Source of the DNA: Bilabrum cf. latius
Taxonomy: Eukaryota
Direction: 5' to 3'
DNA: 64,000 bases
Assembly (NCBI GenBank): GCA_965178125.1
Contig: OZ237766.1
Coordinates: forward strand, 496,001 to 560,000
Both the position numbers and the translations under genes were made by a program. Shown one piece after another: positions 1 to 13,231 of this stretch (position 1 is the first letter of the stretch; each line of letters opens with the position of its first letter). The notes below the pieces were generated by a model. That model worked only from the letters and a program-made list of their open reading frames with translations. It was not told the origin of the DNA and made no database searches.

Positions 1-1659
1 CACTCCTCATAATTCTGAGCAAATTGATGACTTTATTCAAATAACGCGCTCATATTCTGCTGTGCGGTTCATGAGTAGGGTGTTTCCCGTGAGGATGACT
101 GAACCAGGCCGCAGAGTTAGCTATTGCACATTTACCTCACCAATCTGCAGCTTACCGCGAATTGAGACCAACCACTACATTTTTTGTATTGATCGTATTC
201 AGAAAATCGAACAGGAGGCTACTATGGCCATCATTAGGACACGAGCAGCACCAGCAGCTGTGCGGGTGGCCAGATCCAGAAGACCTGAAGTACGCCATGC
301 TATTCTACACCATTGGGACTGAAAATCCGTACACTGCCTTTTATTAGGTATATTAATACCATGATTAGTCTCAAACTAGTACTGGCCTCATAGATTTGAC
401 ACAATTGTGTTCTGAATGGTACCAAACCACTGGAAACAGCCACAACTTGCGAAATTGTAGGACCTGTACAAATACAGTACCATACACAAACAAATCGTAT
501 GTATAAATAAACTATAAGTGTATCAGGACAGTGGTGAATTGGATTCTGCCCAAAATGAATCGAGATCTGACGTCAAATGAGACCATCCTCGGTTCTAATG
601 GACTCTCTGTGACATACTGGAGCGGTGATTTGTTTTAAATACCTATTTGATCTGTAATGAAGTCGACCAATAGCGCATTCTATTCGTCGAAATGATTGCA
701 CAATAGGGATGCAGCGTGGACTGTGGTTTCAGTGGCATTTGGATCAGCGTGCTGCTCCTCTCGTTAGCCTTACGGTGGTTGTATGGTAATTCACTAATTA
801 CACAATGAAAAAACCTCATTACATGGAAGATACGCTATTGATGTCGCGTGATAATCGACGAGTTGTATTGTGTCGGGGATCGTTGCGGTCAAGAATTGGT
901 GTGATGAATGTGTCGGGGTAAGTTACAACCGACGGATTGAATGTTTTGGTTGTGAACCGTCTGTTCGATGTATCAATGACTGCAATCCTAGCCAAAGATC
1001 CCCCAGGCTCACCCCGCCCTTTTTTCCCATTTGCCTGCCCTGTATGTGCCTCCAGCTTCCTCAACCCCGGACACCTTATCCAATTCCCTCCACATCATCA
1101 CCCGCATCCCCCTTCCCTCAAGCCCAATTTGTCGAGTTGCCCAAGCACTACGCCAACAACGCAACCTAAACCTACCCGGTACAGTCCCTAAACACGATCG
1201 CCCAAGAAAAGGACCTTGGTTTTAATGTATTCAATCCTGCACCGCAGGAAGTGAGTAAATGCATTCTGGGCCGGGCTACTAGATCTGTGTCGCCTTGCTG
1301 CTAGATGCAGCAGCACTACGCATGCCCTTGTGTAATCGGTTTAACTTCCGATGATGAGATCACACGTTGTACACAGCACCCTAATCTCGCAGACAGTCAC
1401 ACATGGTTGCAGTTGGTTTCCTCCGAGAGCCCATCCTCAAAGTTACCAAAAAAAGAAACTGGCGAACGCTGCCCCTCAGCGCCCGAATAGCACGCGGCTT
1501 GATTGCCGCTCGAGTCTAATTGTGACCTCTCAACTTCCACATCCGCATGTGGTCGGTGATCCGATCCCCCTGATCCGAGTCACTCGTCACACATGCCCAA
1601 CCCACACCTGCCCGGCCTGTGCCTCCCCCTTCCTATCCGCCTCATCAACCCAATGACCC

Positions 1660-2300
1660 CACCGATCATCTTCTCTTCCACCATTTCCTCCCCCGTTCCG
1701 GTGAACCGTCGTTCCCCCCTCCCTTTGCTCTACCCTCCCCCCCCCTAGCTGCCCTCTCTCTCTCTCTCTCTCTCTCACTCCTCCGCATCGCTACGTCGCA
1801 TCTGAGCCTGCTCCTCGAGCGGGTCCTGCGCCCACCGAGCGACCTCAATCTCAGAGACCTTGCTGGCCTCACCAACTAATGTCTCCCTTTGTTGCCCAAT
1901 CACTGCACCGCAGTTCGTGAGTCAATGGGATGCTGATCGATGCAGCAGAACAAGGCATGCCCTTGTGTAATCGGTTTAGCTTCTGATGATGATGTCCCTT
2001 TGTGTTGCCCTGAGATCATCTTCTCCTCCACTACTTCCTCCCCCTTTTCGGTGAACCGTCGTACCTCTCCCTCCGCTCTGGCCTCCCCAACCCCTTCCAT
2101 TCGCCCATCTCACCCCCCCCCCCCCCCCCCCAACCCCCCCCCCCCATTCGCCGCCCCACCCCACCCCTGCACCTCCCCTCCCTAGCCGCTCTCTCTCTCT
2201 CACTCCTCCGCATCGCTACGTCGCATTGAGCCTGCTCCTCGAGCGGGTCCTGCGCCCACCGAGCAACCTCAATATCAAAGACCTTGCTGACCTAAGCAAC
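1660..2300. repeat. Duplicated C/CT-rich segment interleaved with satellite monomers
   Basis: ~1660-1880 and ~2015-2300 share 'atcatcttctc...ggtgaaccgtcgt', C-runs, (CT)n and 'cactcctccgcatcgctacgtcgcat...cgagcgggtcctgcgcccaccgagc...accttgctg'. Satellite sequence follows each copy. Confidence 0.85.
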
Positions 2301-5300
2301 AATCACTGCACCGCAGATCGTGAGTCAATGGGATACTGGACCGGGCTAGCAGATCTGAGTTGCTTAGCTGCTCGATGCAGCAACACTATGCATGCACTTG
2401 TTTAATCAATGTAGCATCCGATGATGATCCGCGGGATGTCTCCTTTGGTTGCCCAATCACTGCACCGCAGGACGTGAGTCAATCGGATAGCGTACCGGGC
2501 TATCAGATCTGAGTCGCCATGCTGATCGATGCAGAAGCACTAGGCATGCCCTTGTGTAATCCGTTTAGCATCCGATGATTGAGTCTCCTTTTGTTGCCCA
2601 ATCACTGCATCGCAGGAAGTAAGTCAATGGGATACTGGACCGTGCTAGCAGATCTGAGTTACTTAGCTGATCGATGCAGCAGCACTATGCATGCACTTGT
2701 GCGATCCGTTTAGCTTCCAATGATGATATCTCTTTTTGTTGCCCAATCACTACACCGCAGATCGTGAGTCAATGGGATACTGGACCGGGCTAGCAGATCT
2801 GAGTCACCATGCTGGTCAATGCAGCAGCACTGGGCATGCCATTGTGCGATCCGTTTAGCGTCCGGTAATTGAGTCTCTTTTTGTTGCCCAATCACTACAC
2901 CGCAGGCCGTGAGTCAATCAGATACTGGACCGGACTATCAGATCTGAGTCACCATGCTGCTCAATGCAGCAGCACTAGGCATGCACATGCGTGATCGGTT
3001 AAGCTTCCAATGATGATGTCTCCTTTTGTTGCCCAATCACCGCACCGCAGGCCGTGAGTAAATGGGATACTGGACCGGGCTAGCAGATCTGAGTTGCTTA
3101 GCTAATCGATGCAGCAGCACTAGGCATGCCCTTGTGTGATCGGTTTAGCTTCCGATGATTGAGTCTCCTTTTGTTGCCCAATCACTGCACCGCAGATCGT
3201 GAGTCAATGGGATACTGGACCGGGCTATCAGATCTGAGTCGCTTAGCTGCTCGATGCAGCAGCACTAGACATGCACTTGCGTGATCTATTAAACTACCGA
3301 TGATTGAGTCTCTTTTTGTTGCCCAATCACTACAACGCAGAGAGTGAGTCAATGGGATACTGGAACGGGCTAGCAGATCTGAGTCGCCTTGCTGCCCGAT
3401 GCAGCAGCATTAGGCATGCCCTTGCGTGATCGGTTAAGCTTCCGATGATTGAGTCTCTTTTTGTTGCCCAATCACTGCACCGCAGGCCGTGAGTCAATCA
3501 GATACTGGACCGGGCTAGCAGATCTGAGTGGCCATGCTGCTCGATGCAGCAGTACGACGCATGCCCTTGTGTGATCGGTTTAGCTTCCGATGATGATGTC
3601 TCTTTTTGTTGCCCAATCACTGCACCGCAGCTTGTGAGTCAATGGGATACTGGACCGGGCTACTAGATCTGAATCGGTTTGCTGTTCAATGCAACATCAC
3701 TAGGCATGCCCTTGCGTGATTGGTTAAGCATCCGATGATTGAGTATCTTTTTGTTGCCCAATCACTACACCACAGTTCGTGAGTCAATGGCTAACTGGAC
3801 CGTGCTATCAGATCTGAGTCGCCTAGCTGCCCGATGCAGCAGCGCTAGGAATGTACTTTTGTAATATGTTTAGCATCCGATGATGATGTTTCTTTTTGTT
3901 GCCCAATCACTGCACCGCAGGCCGTGAGTCAATGGGATACTGGACCGGGCTTTCAGATCTGAGTCGTCATGCTGCTCGATGCAGCAGCGCTAGGCATGCC
4001 CTTGTGTGATCTGTTTAGCATCCGATGATGATGTCTCTTTTTGTTGCCCAATCACTGCACCGCAGGACGTGAGTCAATGGGATACTGGACCGTACTACCA
4101 GATCTGAGTCGCCTTACTGCCCGTAGCAGCAGCGCTAGGCATGCACTTGTGTAATCAATGTAGCATCCGATGATGATGTCTCTTTTTGTTACCCAATCAC
4201 TGCAACGTAGAGAGTGAGTCAATGGGATACTGGACCGGGCTATCAGATCTGAGTCGCCATGCTGCTCGATGCAGCAGCGCTAGGCATGCCCTTGTGCGAT
4301 CCGTTTAGTTTCCGATGATTGCGTCTCCTTTTGTTGCCCAATCACTGCACCGCAGGACGTGAGTCAATGGGATACTGGACCGTACTACCAGATCTGAATC
4401 GCCTTACTGCCCGTAGCAGCAGCGCTAGGCATGCACTTGTGTTATCAATGTAGCATCCGATGATGATGTCTCTTTTTGTTGCCCAATCACTGCAACGTAG
4501 AGTGTGAGTCAATGGGATACTGGACCGGGCTTTCAGATCTGAGTCGCCATGCTGCTCGATGCAGCAGCGCTAGGCATGCCCTTGTGTGATCTGTTTAGCA
4601 TCCGATGATGATGTCTCTTTTTGTTACCCAATCACTGCACCGCAGGACGTGAGTCAATGGGATACTGGACCGTACTACCAGATCTGAGTCGCCTTACTGC
4701 CCGTAGCAGCAGCGCTAGGCATGCACTTGTGTAATCAATGTAGCATCCGATGATGATGTCTCTTTTTGTTGCCCAATCACTGCAACGTAGAGTGTGAGTC
4801 AATGGGATACTGGACCGGGCTATCAGATCTGAATCGCCATACTGATCGATGCAACATCACTGAGCATGCACGTGCGTGATCGGTTAAGCTTCCGATGATT
4901 GCGTCTCCTTTTGTTGCCCAATCACTGCACAGCAGGACGTGAGTCAATGGTTTAGTGGACCGGGCTATCCGATCTGTATCGCCTTACTGCCCGAAGCAGC
5001 AGCGCTAGACTCTAGGCATGCACTTGTGTAATCAATGTAGCATCCGATGATGATGTCTCTTTTTGTTGACCAATCACTGCAACGTAGAGTGTGAGTCAAT
5101 GGGATACTGGACCGGGCTATCAGATCTGAGTCGCCATACTGATCGATGCAACATCACTGAGCATGCACGTGTGTGATCGGTTAAGCTTCCGATGATTAAG
5201 TCTCTTTCTGTTGCCCAATCACTGCACAGCAGGAAGTGAGTCAATGGTTTAGTGGACCGGGCTATCCGATCTGAGTCGCCGTACTGATCGATGCAGCAAC

Positions 5301-7215
5301 ACTAGGCATGCACATGCGTGATCGGGTAAGCTTCCGATCACTGAGTCTCTTTTTGTTGCCCAATCACTGCACAGTAGGAAGTGAGTCAATGGTTTAGTGG
5401 ACCGAGCTAGCAGATCTGAATCGCCTTACTGCCCGAAGCAGCAGCGCTAGGCATGCACTTGTATAATCAATGTAGCATCCGATGATGATGTCTCTTTTTG
5501 TTGCCCAATCACTGCAACGAAGAGTGTGAGTCAATGGGATACTGGACCGGGCTATCAGATCTGAGTCGCCATACTGATCGATGCAACATCACTGAGCATG
5601 TACGTGCGTGATCGGTTAAGCTTCCGATGATTAAGTCTCTTTTTGTTGCCCAATCACTGCACAGCAGGACGTGAGTCAATGGGATACTGGACCGGGCTAT
5701 CAGATCTGAGTCGCCATGCTGCTCGACTCAGCAGCGCTAGGCATGCCCTTGTGCGATCCGTTTAGTTTCCGATGATTGAGTCTCCTTTTGTTACCCAATC
5801 ACTGCACCGCAGGACGTGAGTCAATGGGATACTGGACCGTACTACCAGATCTGAGTCGCCTTACTGCCCGTAGCAGCAGCGCTAGGAATGTACTTTTGTA
5901 ATCAATGTAGCATCCGATGATGATGTCTCTTTTTGTTGCCCAATCACTGCACCGCAGGCCGTGAGTCAATGGGATACTGGACCGGGCTAGCAGACCTGAG
6001 TCGCCATGCTGCTCGATGCAGCAGCGCTAGGCATGCCCTTGTGTGATCGGTTTAGCATCCGATGATGATGTCTCTTTTTGTTGCCCAATCACTGCACCGC
6101 AGGCCGTGAGTCAATGGGATACTGGACCGGGCTTTCAGATCTGAGTCGCCATGCTGCTCGATGCAGCAGCACTAGGCATGCCCTTGTTTGATCGGTTTAG
6201 CTTCCGATGATGATGTCTCTTTTTGTTGCCCAATCACTGCACCGCAGGCCGTGAGTCAGTGGCAAACTGTACCGGGCTAGCAGATCTGAGTGGCCATGCT
6301 GCTCGATGCAGCAGTACGACGCATGCACTTGTGTAATCAATGTAGCATCCGATGATGATGTCTCCTTTTGTTGCACAATCACTGCACCGCAGGCCGTGAG
6401 TCAATGGGATACTGGACCTTGTGTGATCGGTTTAGCTTCCGATGATGATGTCTCTTTTTGTTGCCCAATCACTGCACCGCAGGCCGTGAGTCAGTGGCAA
6501 ACTGTACCGGGCTAGCAGATCTGAGTGGCCATGCTGCTCGATGCAGCAGTACGACGCATGCACTTGTGTAATCAATGTAGCATCCGATGATGATGTCTCT
6601 TTTTGTTGCCCAATCACTGCACCGCAGGCCGTGAGTCAATGGGATACTGGACTGGGCTACCAGATCTGAGTCACCATGCTGATCGATGCAGCAGCACTAG
6701 GCATGCCCTTGTGCGATCCGTTTAGCTTCTGATGATGATGTCTCCTTTTGTTGCACAATCACCGCACCGCAGGCCGTGAGTCAATGGGATACTGGACCGG
6801 GCGAGCAGATCTGAGTGGCCATGCTGCTCGATGCAGAAGTACTACGCATGCACTTGCGCGATCTACTTAGCGTCCGGTAATTGAGTCTCTTTTTGTTGCC
6901 CAATCACTGCACCGCAGGTCGTGAGTCAGTGGCAAACTGTACCGGGCTAGCAGATCTGAGTCGCCTTGCTGCTAGATGCAGCAACACTAGGCATGCCCTT
7001 ATGTAATCAATGCAGCATCCGATGATGATGTCTCTTTTTGTTACCCAATCACTGCAACGCAGGCCGTGAGTCAATGGGATACTGGACCGGGCTATCAGAT
7101 CTGAGTCGCCATGCTGCTCGACTCAGCAGCACTAGACATGCCCTTGTGTAATCCGTTTAGCTTCCGATGATGATGTCTCTTTTTGTTGCCCAATCACTGC
7201 AACGCAGAGAGTGAG
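2301..7215. repeat. 145-bp tandem satellite array, ~34 diverged monomers
   Basis: Anchor 'aatcac' recurs at 2455, 2600, 2745, 2890, 3035 and onward (period 145). Consensus is approximately gcccaatcactgcaccgcaggccgtgagtcaatgggatactggaccgggctagcagatctgagtcgccatgctgctcgatgcagcagcactaggcatgcccttgtgtgatcggtttagcttccgatgatgatgtctctttttgtt. There are no unique spacers. Partial monomers lie at ~1233-1350 and ~1880-2010. Confidence 0.97.
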
Positions 7216-7528
7216 TCCATTTTGATTAGAGTAGTCGCTGTGCTGGCCAAATAGTTTGAATTGAGATTGCGGTCTTGTTGGTATGTCGCTAGGGTAGGAG
7301 TTTATGGAGAAAGCTCAAGCCTAGGCCTTAGCAGTCTTCTGCACGGGAATTGCGCGAGAGGACGTAGCAGCGGTGGCACTCTGACATTATACTCTTTGTG
7401 CCGCACACGCGGCATTATTAATTTGTGGAAACAATAAAGCGCTTATACGTCGCCACGTTTATAACGTTTTGCGCATGTTGTTTATTTGACTTCACAAGTA
7501 AAACTGTATTGCCTGGAATCGGTCGCAG

Positions 7529-10500
7529 GGACGAGACACGCCGTTGCACTTGGCCGCTGGAGCTGGCAATAACAGTATAGTGCAAGCGCTTCTGTCAGCT
7601 GGTGCGAACGTTGATATTCAAAACGCGGTGAGAAGAGTGCTGTGCTGTGCCCACCGCTCGTCTTCTCACTTGCATTCGCTCCAAAACGTGTTCTAGTCAC
7701 CTCAAAAACATTCTTGTCGTTCAGGAAGGCAAGACTGCCGCTGATCTTGCGAGCAGTGATGCAATCAAGCAGTCGATCCTTTCATGGCCAGAACGTCAGG
7801 CAGCAGCAGCCACTGAACGGGCCGTTGAGGAGGAGCGGCAGTTGAACGAACTTGCAGCGAGGGTGTTTGACCTTCCGGTCGGGATCCGTGAATTAGTTCA
7901 GCAAAACGATTTGCTTGTCTTGAGGTTGGAGTCATCCATCCAGGCAAGGAAGTCGCTGCAAGTTGCGGGGGTGCGACTGGCCTAGTCAGTGGGTGAGACG
8001 AGGGGGCAGCTAAGAGCTGCGGCGCAATGCGTCGAGGAAAAAGCTAGGTCAGATCAACGGTCCTAGGACCACGGTATATCAGATTCTACCGGCACCATCC
8101 CGGTAGAATCATCTGCCGCCGGTCCTCTGCTCCGTTCACAAGAAGGTCGTATCCTTCTACTTGGCCTTGGAGTCGACGCGCGGATGCAGAGCGCGATCGC
8201 AGCAGGGGAGCAAAATATGCTGGCTAAGGTGCACCGGGCCGCAGTCCAAGCCAGAGGATCCTCACGTGGGCAATCCAGCGGGCTCAGTGGTATGGGCAAC
8301 TGGACCCGGGAACATCCGCTGCTGGCCCGGGATGGTAGCGGTAAAGTGGACGAGAGCTCAGTGGGGGCTGCCAAGGTGCTCGAGGTACTAGATCGTGGCC
8401 GCGTGAGGGTGGTGGACGGGGTCACCGAAGATCAAGCGGCACGGGGACAGGCAGATCTGACCGCCCTACAGAAGGGCAGGTCCCGTCCGCTGCATTGGCA
8501 GACTCAGCTCGCTGCCAGGAACGATGCAGGGGAGAGGCAGGGGTGCAACAGCGTAGCATTCGCGATCGAAGCTGAAGGGGGCGACTGGGCAGAGGGATGG
8601 TGCGGCGTACTGAAGGGAATGCTGCCCATTGGGCCTAGAGGGGACTATTACGAAGCAATGGCGCAAAGCCAGCAGCAGGATTGGATGCTACCTGCAGTGC
8701 TGGGAGAGCGCAAGGACAGCCACGGCCGTGTGGTCCTGCATGGACATCCGAACGTGCTGGCCGTTAAACACGCCTTCCTAGGGTCGTCCTAGCTTCTTGT
8801 TCCCTGGATCACGTGGGCCAATGCGAGTGGTGGTGCACTCCGTCGCAGAACCACCTGGGCTGTTATGGAGCGGTTCCCCACCACACTGCGCGGGGCGTTT
8901 CGTGCATCGAAGGGGAACGTGTCGGGCCGACAAACTGCTCTGTGGCTTGTGCAGGTGCTGCAGGGGCTTGAGCATGCCCGGTCCCGTGGGGTGGTGCATC
9001 GTGACCTAAAAGCAGAAAACGTGTTCCTGACTGCCGATGGGCGGGCAGTGGTGGGCGATTGGGGTGAGGGCGCACTGTTGTACAGCGGAGGGCTGCGTGT
9101 GCGTGTGGATCGCACGCTTCAAGGGCTTCTGCAACGGCAGCTGGAGGCCGAGACTGACCGTGTTGCTTCACAAGGTTCTAGCGCAGCGGATATTGGCGCA
9201 GGTGACCTGGACGAAGAAGATCCCACGTCATTCGTGCACGAAGATGAGAAGAAAATAGCACCCAGTGACCGGGAAAGCATCATCAATCCAGCCCATGGTG
9301 CTGGAGCCGCTCCATTCGAGGGCAGCGGGAATGGCGCCAAGCCCGAGTTCGTCTCCAGCGACATGCTCAAGTAGGGGGCAGGCGGGGACGTCAGGGCACC
9401 TGAGGTACTGCTCGGGAGCATGGGCATGCTGGCTCAGGTGAGGGACGGATGGGGCAGGGAGGTGGTGACCGCTGCACAAGCTTACGCGTGGAGCGATGCG
9501 TGGGCAGCTGCCCGCATGATGTGGGAGCTGATGGCGGAGCAGGGAAAATCAGCCGGTGGACGCGCCGTGCAGCTGCCAGTGGGGGTGGTGGACGTGCGCC
9601 GCTGGCTGGATCCAGGGGCAGGTGAGCGCCCCGAAGACGTCGCGAAGTGGAGGCACGAGCGAGCCCATGGCGTGGACATCGATCCGCTCCCGCAGGAGGC
9701 CGGGTGCCCTGCGGCGCTTGAGGCAGTGCTGCGGGGGCTGCTGCAGCCGATGCCACAGCACCGTATTCCACCCGAGCAGGCAGTCTCAGCTCTGCTCGGT
9801 GCTCTGTATGGACCTGATGATCTGGCAGCAGAGGTGGAGGTGGAGGACGAGGGTGTGGATGAGGATGACCCTATGAGCATGAAAGCTGCTGCTGCCGGCG
9901 CTGGGACCGGTTCTGGTGCTGGCGAGGGCGAGATGGACGACTGGGTCAGTCGCCAGCGGACGCTGCTGACCGAGGCAGAACACTCGCTTGGCCCACTCTC
10001 CCGCGCTGCACTGGTAGGCGCTGAGAATGATGAGCAAGAACAAGAAGAACAAGGCGGTGGGGCTGGAGGTCAGGGTGGATAGGAGCAGCCCGCAGCCAGT
10101 GGTGCAGGTGCAGACGAGTCCGCGCCCTCCACAGCTGCAGCACCCGACGCCGCAGTATCAGCCGGTGAGGAAGAAGAGCTGATAGATCCCGCCGACAAAG
10201 CCATGGAAGAGGCAGTGCTGCAGGCTGCAGCCGAGCTGGAGACCAGAGGTGGGGAGACGGGAGGTACTGCAGATAGTGAGGTGGCTGGTCCCGTGGATGG
10301 TCTGTCCATGGGCGTGGTGGGCGGGCACGCGTTTGAGGGCGAGCTGGGCAAAGCCGTAGGCGCCGGCGTCCTTCAGAGCCGCAAAATCGCCGAGCGGGCC
10401 GTGGTGCAGGCGGGGCCCATGGCCGTGCTGCGGCCCCCAAGTGCCGGCACGCGCGCAATCTACGGCTGGGGCGTGGATGGCGTGCTGGGCCGGGTGCGTC

Positions 10501-11012
10501 CTCTGGTGGCGGGTGAGGCCTCGCTGTGGGACAGGCACCTGCGGCGGGAGCTGCTCTCCGGTGAGAATGGAGGTGCGCGGGCTGTGGAACAATGCGTGGG
10601 CGCTCTACAGCGGGTACTGAGGTGCTTCGGGGACAGGGAGTCCGGCGGTGCTGGCGGGGTGGGCGAGGGAGGGCTGGCGTAGTGGAAGTGGGACGGGGAG
10701 AGGGACCAGCGGTGGGTGCCCGGGAGTGTGACGAGTGGGGCGCTGCCGGAGTAGGAGGGGCTACCGGAGGGCTGGACTGCTGGTCGGCTTCCATCGGGCC
10801 GTGTGACGTATGAGCACGTTGACGGGAGGGTGGTGTTCCAGCGGCCTGCCGCTGTGATGGAGGGTGGATCGGGTGCTGCAGGGAGTGCTGGCGGAGGACC
10901 AGGGCAGGAAGCACCCCTGCCTGCGGGGTGGTCGTGCTTCGTGCATCCCCGTGGTCACACAGTGTACGAGCACGAGGACGGGCGCATGCAGAGGACTCGG
11001 CCAGTCGAATGA
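7529..11012 (+). CDS. Ankyrin-repeat, PINK1-like protein kinase with two C-terminal WW-like domains (TAG read-through; 5' end uncertain, possibly ATG 7283/7304)
   Basis: Exon 7529-7627 encodes GRDTPLHLAAGAGNNSIVQALLSAGANVDIQNA (ankyrin). Intron 7628-7724 (GT..AG) is followed by EGKTAADLA. ORFs 7647, 8184, 8865, 9420, 10203 and 10803 share one frame, are separated only by TAG and end at TGA 11010-11012. Kinase motifs: QGCNSVAF, VLKGM, HPNVLAVKHAF, HRDLKAENVFL, GDWG, RAPEV, SDAWA. WW-like: LPEGW...YEH...FQRP and LPAGW...YEH...RTRP. Confidence 0.85.
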
Positions 11013-11066
11013 GAGCAGGCTGATTTGCTGGAGTCGTGCAATGTTTCTATTGTGGGGCTTTAAGGG

Positions 11067-11470
11067 GAGCGACGTGAGGTCGCTGATGATGTGTTTGGCG
11101 GGTGCGCCATCGGCTGTGAGAAGAGTGACGTGAGGTCGCTGATGATGTGTTTGGCAGGTGGGCCATCGGCTGTGAGAAGAGCGACGTGAGGTCGCTGATG
11201 ATGTGTTTGGCGGGTGGGCCATCGGCTGTGAGAAGAGCGACGTGAGGTCGCTGATGATGTGTTTGGCGGGTGGGCCATCGGCTGTGAGAAGAGCGACGTG
11301 AGGTCGCTGATGATGTGTTTGGCGGGTGGGCCATCGGCTGCGAGAAGAGCGACGTGAGGTCGCTGATGATGTGTTTGGCGGGTGGGCCATCGGCTGCGAG
11401 AAGAGCGTCGTGAGGTCGCTGATGATGTGTTTGGCGGGTGGGCCATCGGCTGCGAGAAGAGCGACGTGTG
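11067..11470. repeat. 56-bp minisatellite, ~7 near-identical copies, just downstream of the kinase stop
   Basis: Unit gagcgacgtgaggtcgctgatgatgtgtttggcgggtgggccatcggctgtgagaa, with 'gacgtgagg' at 11071, 11127, 11183 and onward. Confidence 0.97.
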
Positions 11471-12830
11471 GTCGCAGTCGAAAAATGTGACATGTTTGAT
11501 AATATTTCCTTTGCTATAATTTATCCAATTTAGACCTCCAGGGTGTGCCCGTCACCATGCATGGATCCTCATGATTGCGATGCGTGCCAAAAACCTCCGC
11601 AGAGTATCCGGGACAATTAGGCTCTTGATGAAGAAAACGAGGACGACAGAGGTGAAGAAACCATTTTGGTGCCAGGCGTGCCAGTGGGATGGTTGCGTTC
11701 GTACACGGGCCGTGCGGCTGTCTTGGTCGCAATACCCGGCATGCGAAGAAAAGGAAGAGGAAGGACAAGTAAAAATGAGTCTGAAATGGGGCGCGTGCAT
11801 CGATGACGGGGGCGAGGACGAGGGTAGGGAGGATGCGAACAACCAGAAGCATGAAGATGAGGATGAAGACGAAGATGACATGTGAGTGCCTCCGGCCCAG
11901 GCCCGCCACAGGTAGATCGGTGCCCATCGTGATATACGACGACCTTAGGGTGGGGATGACGCTGCGGAGCATGTAAACTGTGACGAGTGCGATGCACCGG
12001 GAGGTAGGCAAGGCTGCCACGTCAGCACTGAACAGTCCGGGGAGCTGGTTGGCTGCACCCGGCCGTGAGGCAGATAATTTTCGATCGGAGCGTTCCGTTC
12101 CGGGTGCAGCCAGTGGGCCCCCTATGTTGAGTTTGACCAAAATACGAGGCTTTCAAGATGCCTTGATTCTGATAATTTTTGAGCTCATGAAACCGCTTCT
12201 GCCTAAGATCTCGATACTGGGGCGCTTCTAGCCGATTTGGTGTTACATGGATAGGGTCGTGTCACACGCACAGATAGAGTCTCAGGTCTAGCTTTTATAT
12301 AGTGCATTCCCCTATACATTTAATCTTCGTGCCAGCGGTTGAGTTTATGCATTTCTATTGCCGTGTCGTGAAACAGTGTTTCGGCAATGCTAGCCGCTCG
12401 GCGATAACGCCGATTATGATAAACAATTCGATTCAGGGTGGGACCGCAAATATTTCGCGCGAGTAGAGCATCCAAGAATGGGTATATGTGGGTCATCGCT
12501 AGGCGACTTGTCAAACGATACAAGCTAGGATAGCAAAACTGCATCTCATGCTTTCGATTCCAGCCAAGACTGTCACCGAAGCTGTAAGTATGCCGGCTTT
12601 CCTACTGAGAAGTTCAGTGGCACACACCAGTTATTATCGCGATTATGACATAGTACATAGCGGAATCAAGGCTGCATTTGTCAGGCCGATGGCGAGGTTG
12701 CGGCCTATCGAAGCGTTGGTACAGCAAGTGATGCAAGTCGGCAAGCATAATGTGCATTTGAGATGCTAACTATACACTAAAAGAGCTACTGGTGGCATTA
12801 TTGGAGTCTGTTGGACAATTTTGGTCCATC

Positions 12831-13195
12831 ATGGTGAAACGTAGAGCCGTATGTACGTATCCCCTGCACCACGACGCTCCGCGAGTTCGCCCCGCAGAGA
12901 CGTCAACAAAACCAGGGCCGCACTCGCCACGACAAGCACCGGATGCCAAATCGCCAGAGGTCTAGAATGATAAATCCTCTGAACTATACAAAGTGCCGGA
13001 ACACCATGGCAAAGATGGGAACGTGATCGCTGCATCGGGCAAATTGGCGACTGTTCCGACAACGACAGGACCGGCCAATGGACAGAAAACGCCCTCATTA
13101 TACAAGGTAAGCTTGTCTTTAGGGTTCCGTCTAGCTCCAATGCGCTATATTGTACAGATTGACCACGATTCAGGCTCCATCCATTTCATACTTAC

Positions 13196-13231
<36 letters not shown>

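Noticed and set aside
62-360. Possible terminal exon at the window start
   Set aside because: A splice-acceptor-like site near 200 exists, but no frame can be assigned or recognised.
2301-7215. CRISPR array or tandem ncRNA (5S, tRNA, snoRNA) cluster
   Set aside because: Monomers are contiguous without unique spacers, no cas genes are present, and I recognise no RNA family. The atgatga and ctga words are insufficient evidence given the scattered divergence.
11067-11470. CRISPR-like repeat or the minus-strand ORFs 10761-11493
   Set aside because: It is a pure tandem repeat with no spacers, and the ORFs are by-products of the repeat.
11514-12770. Short ORFs, including an acidic stretch at 11750-11880
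   Set aside because: There is no consistent frame even with TAG read-through and no recognisable domain.
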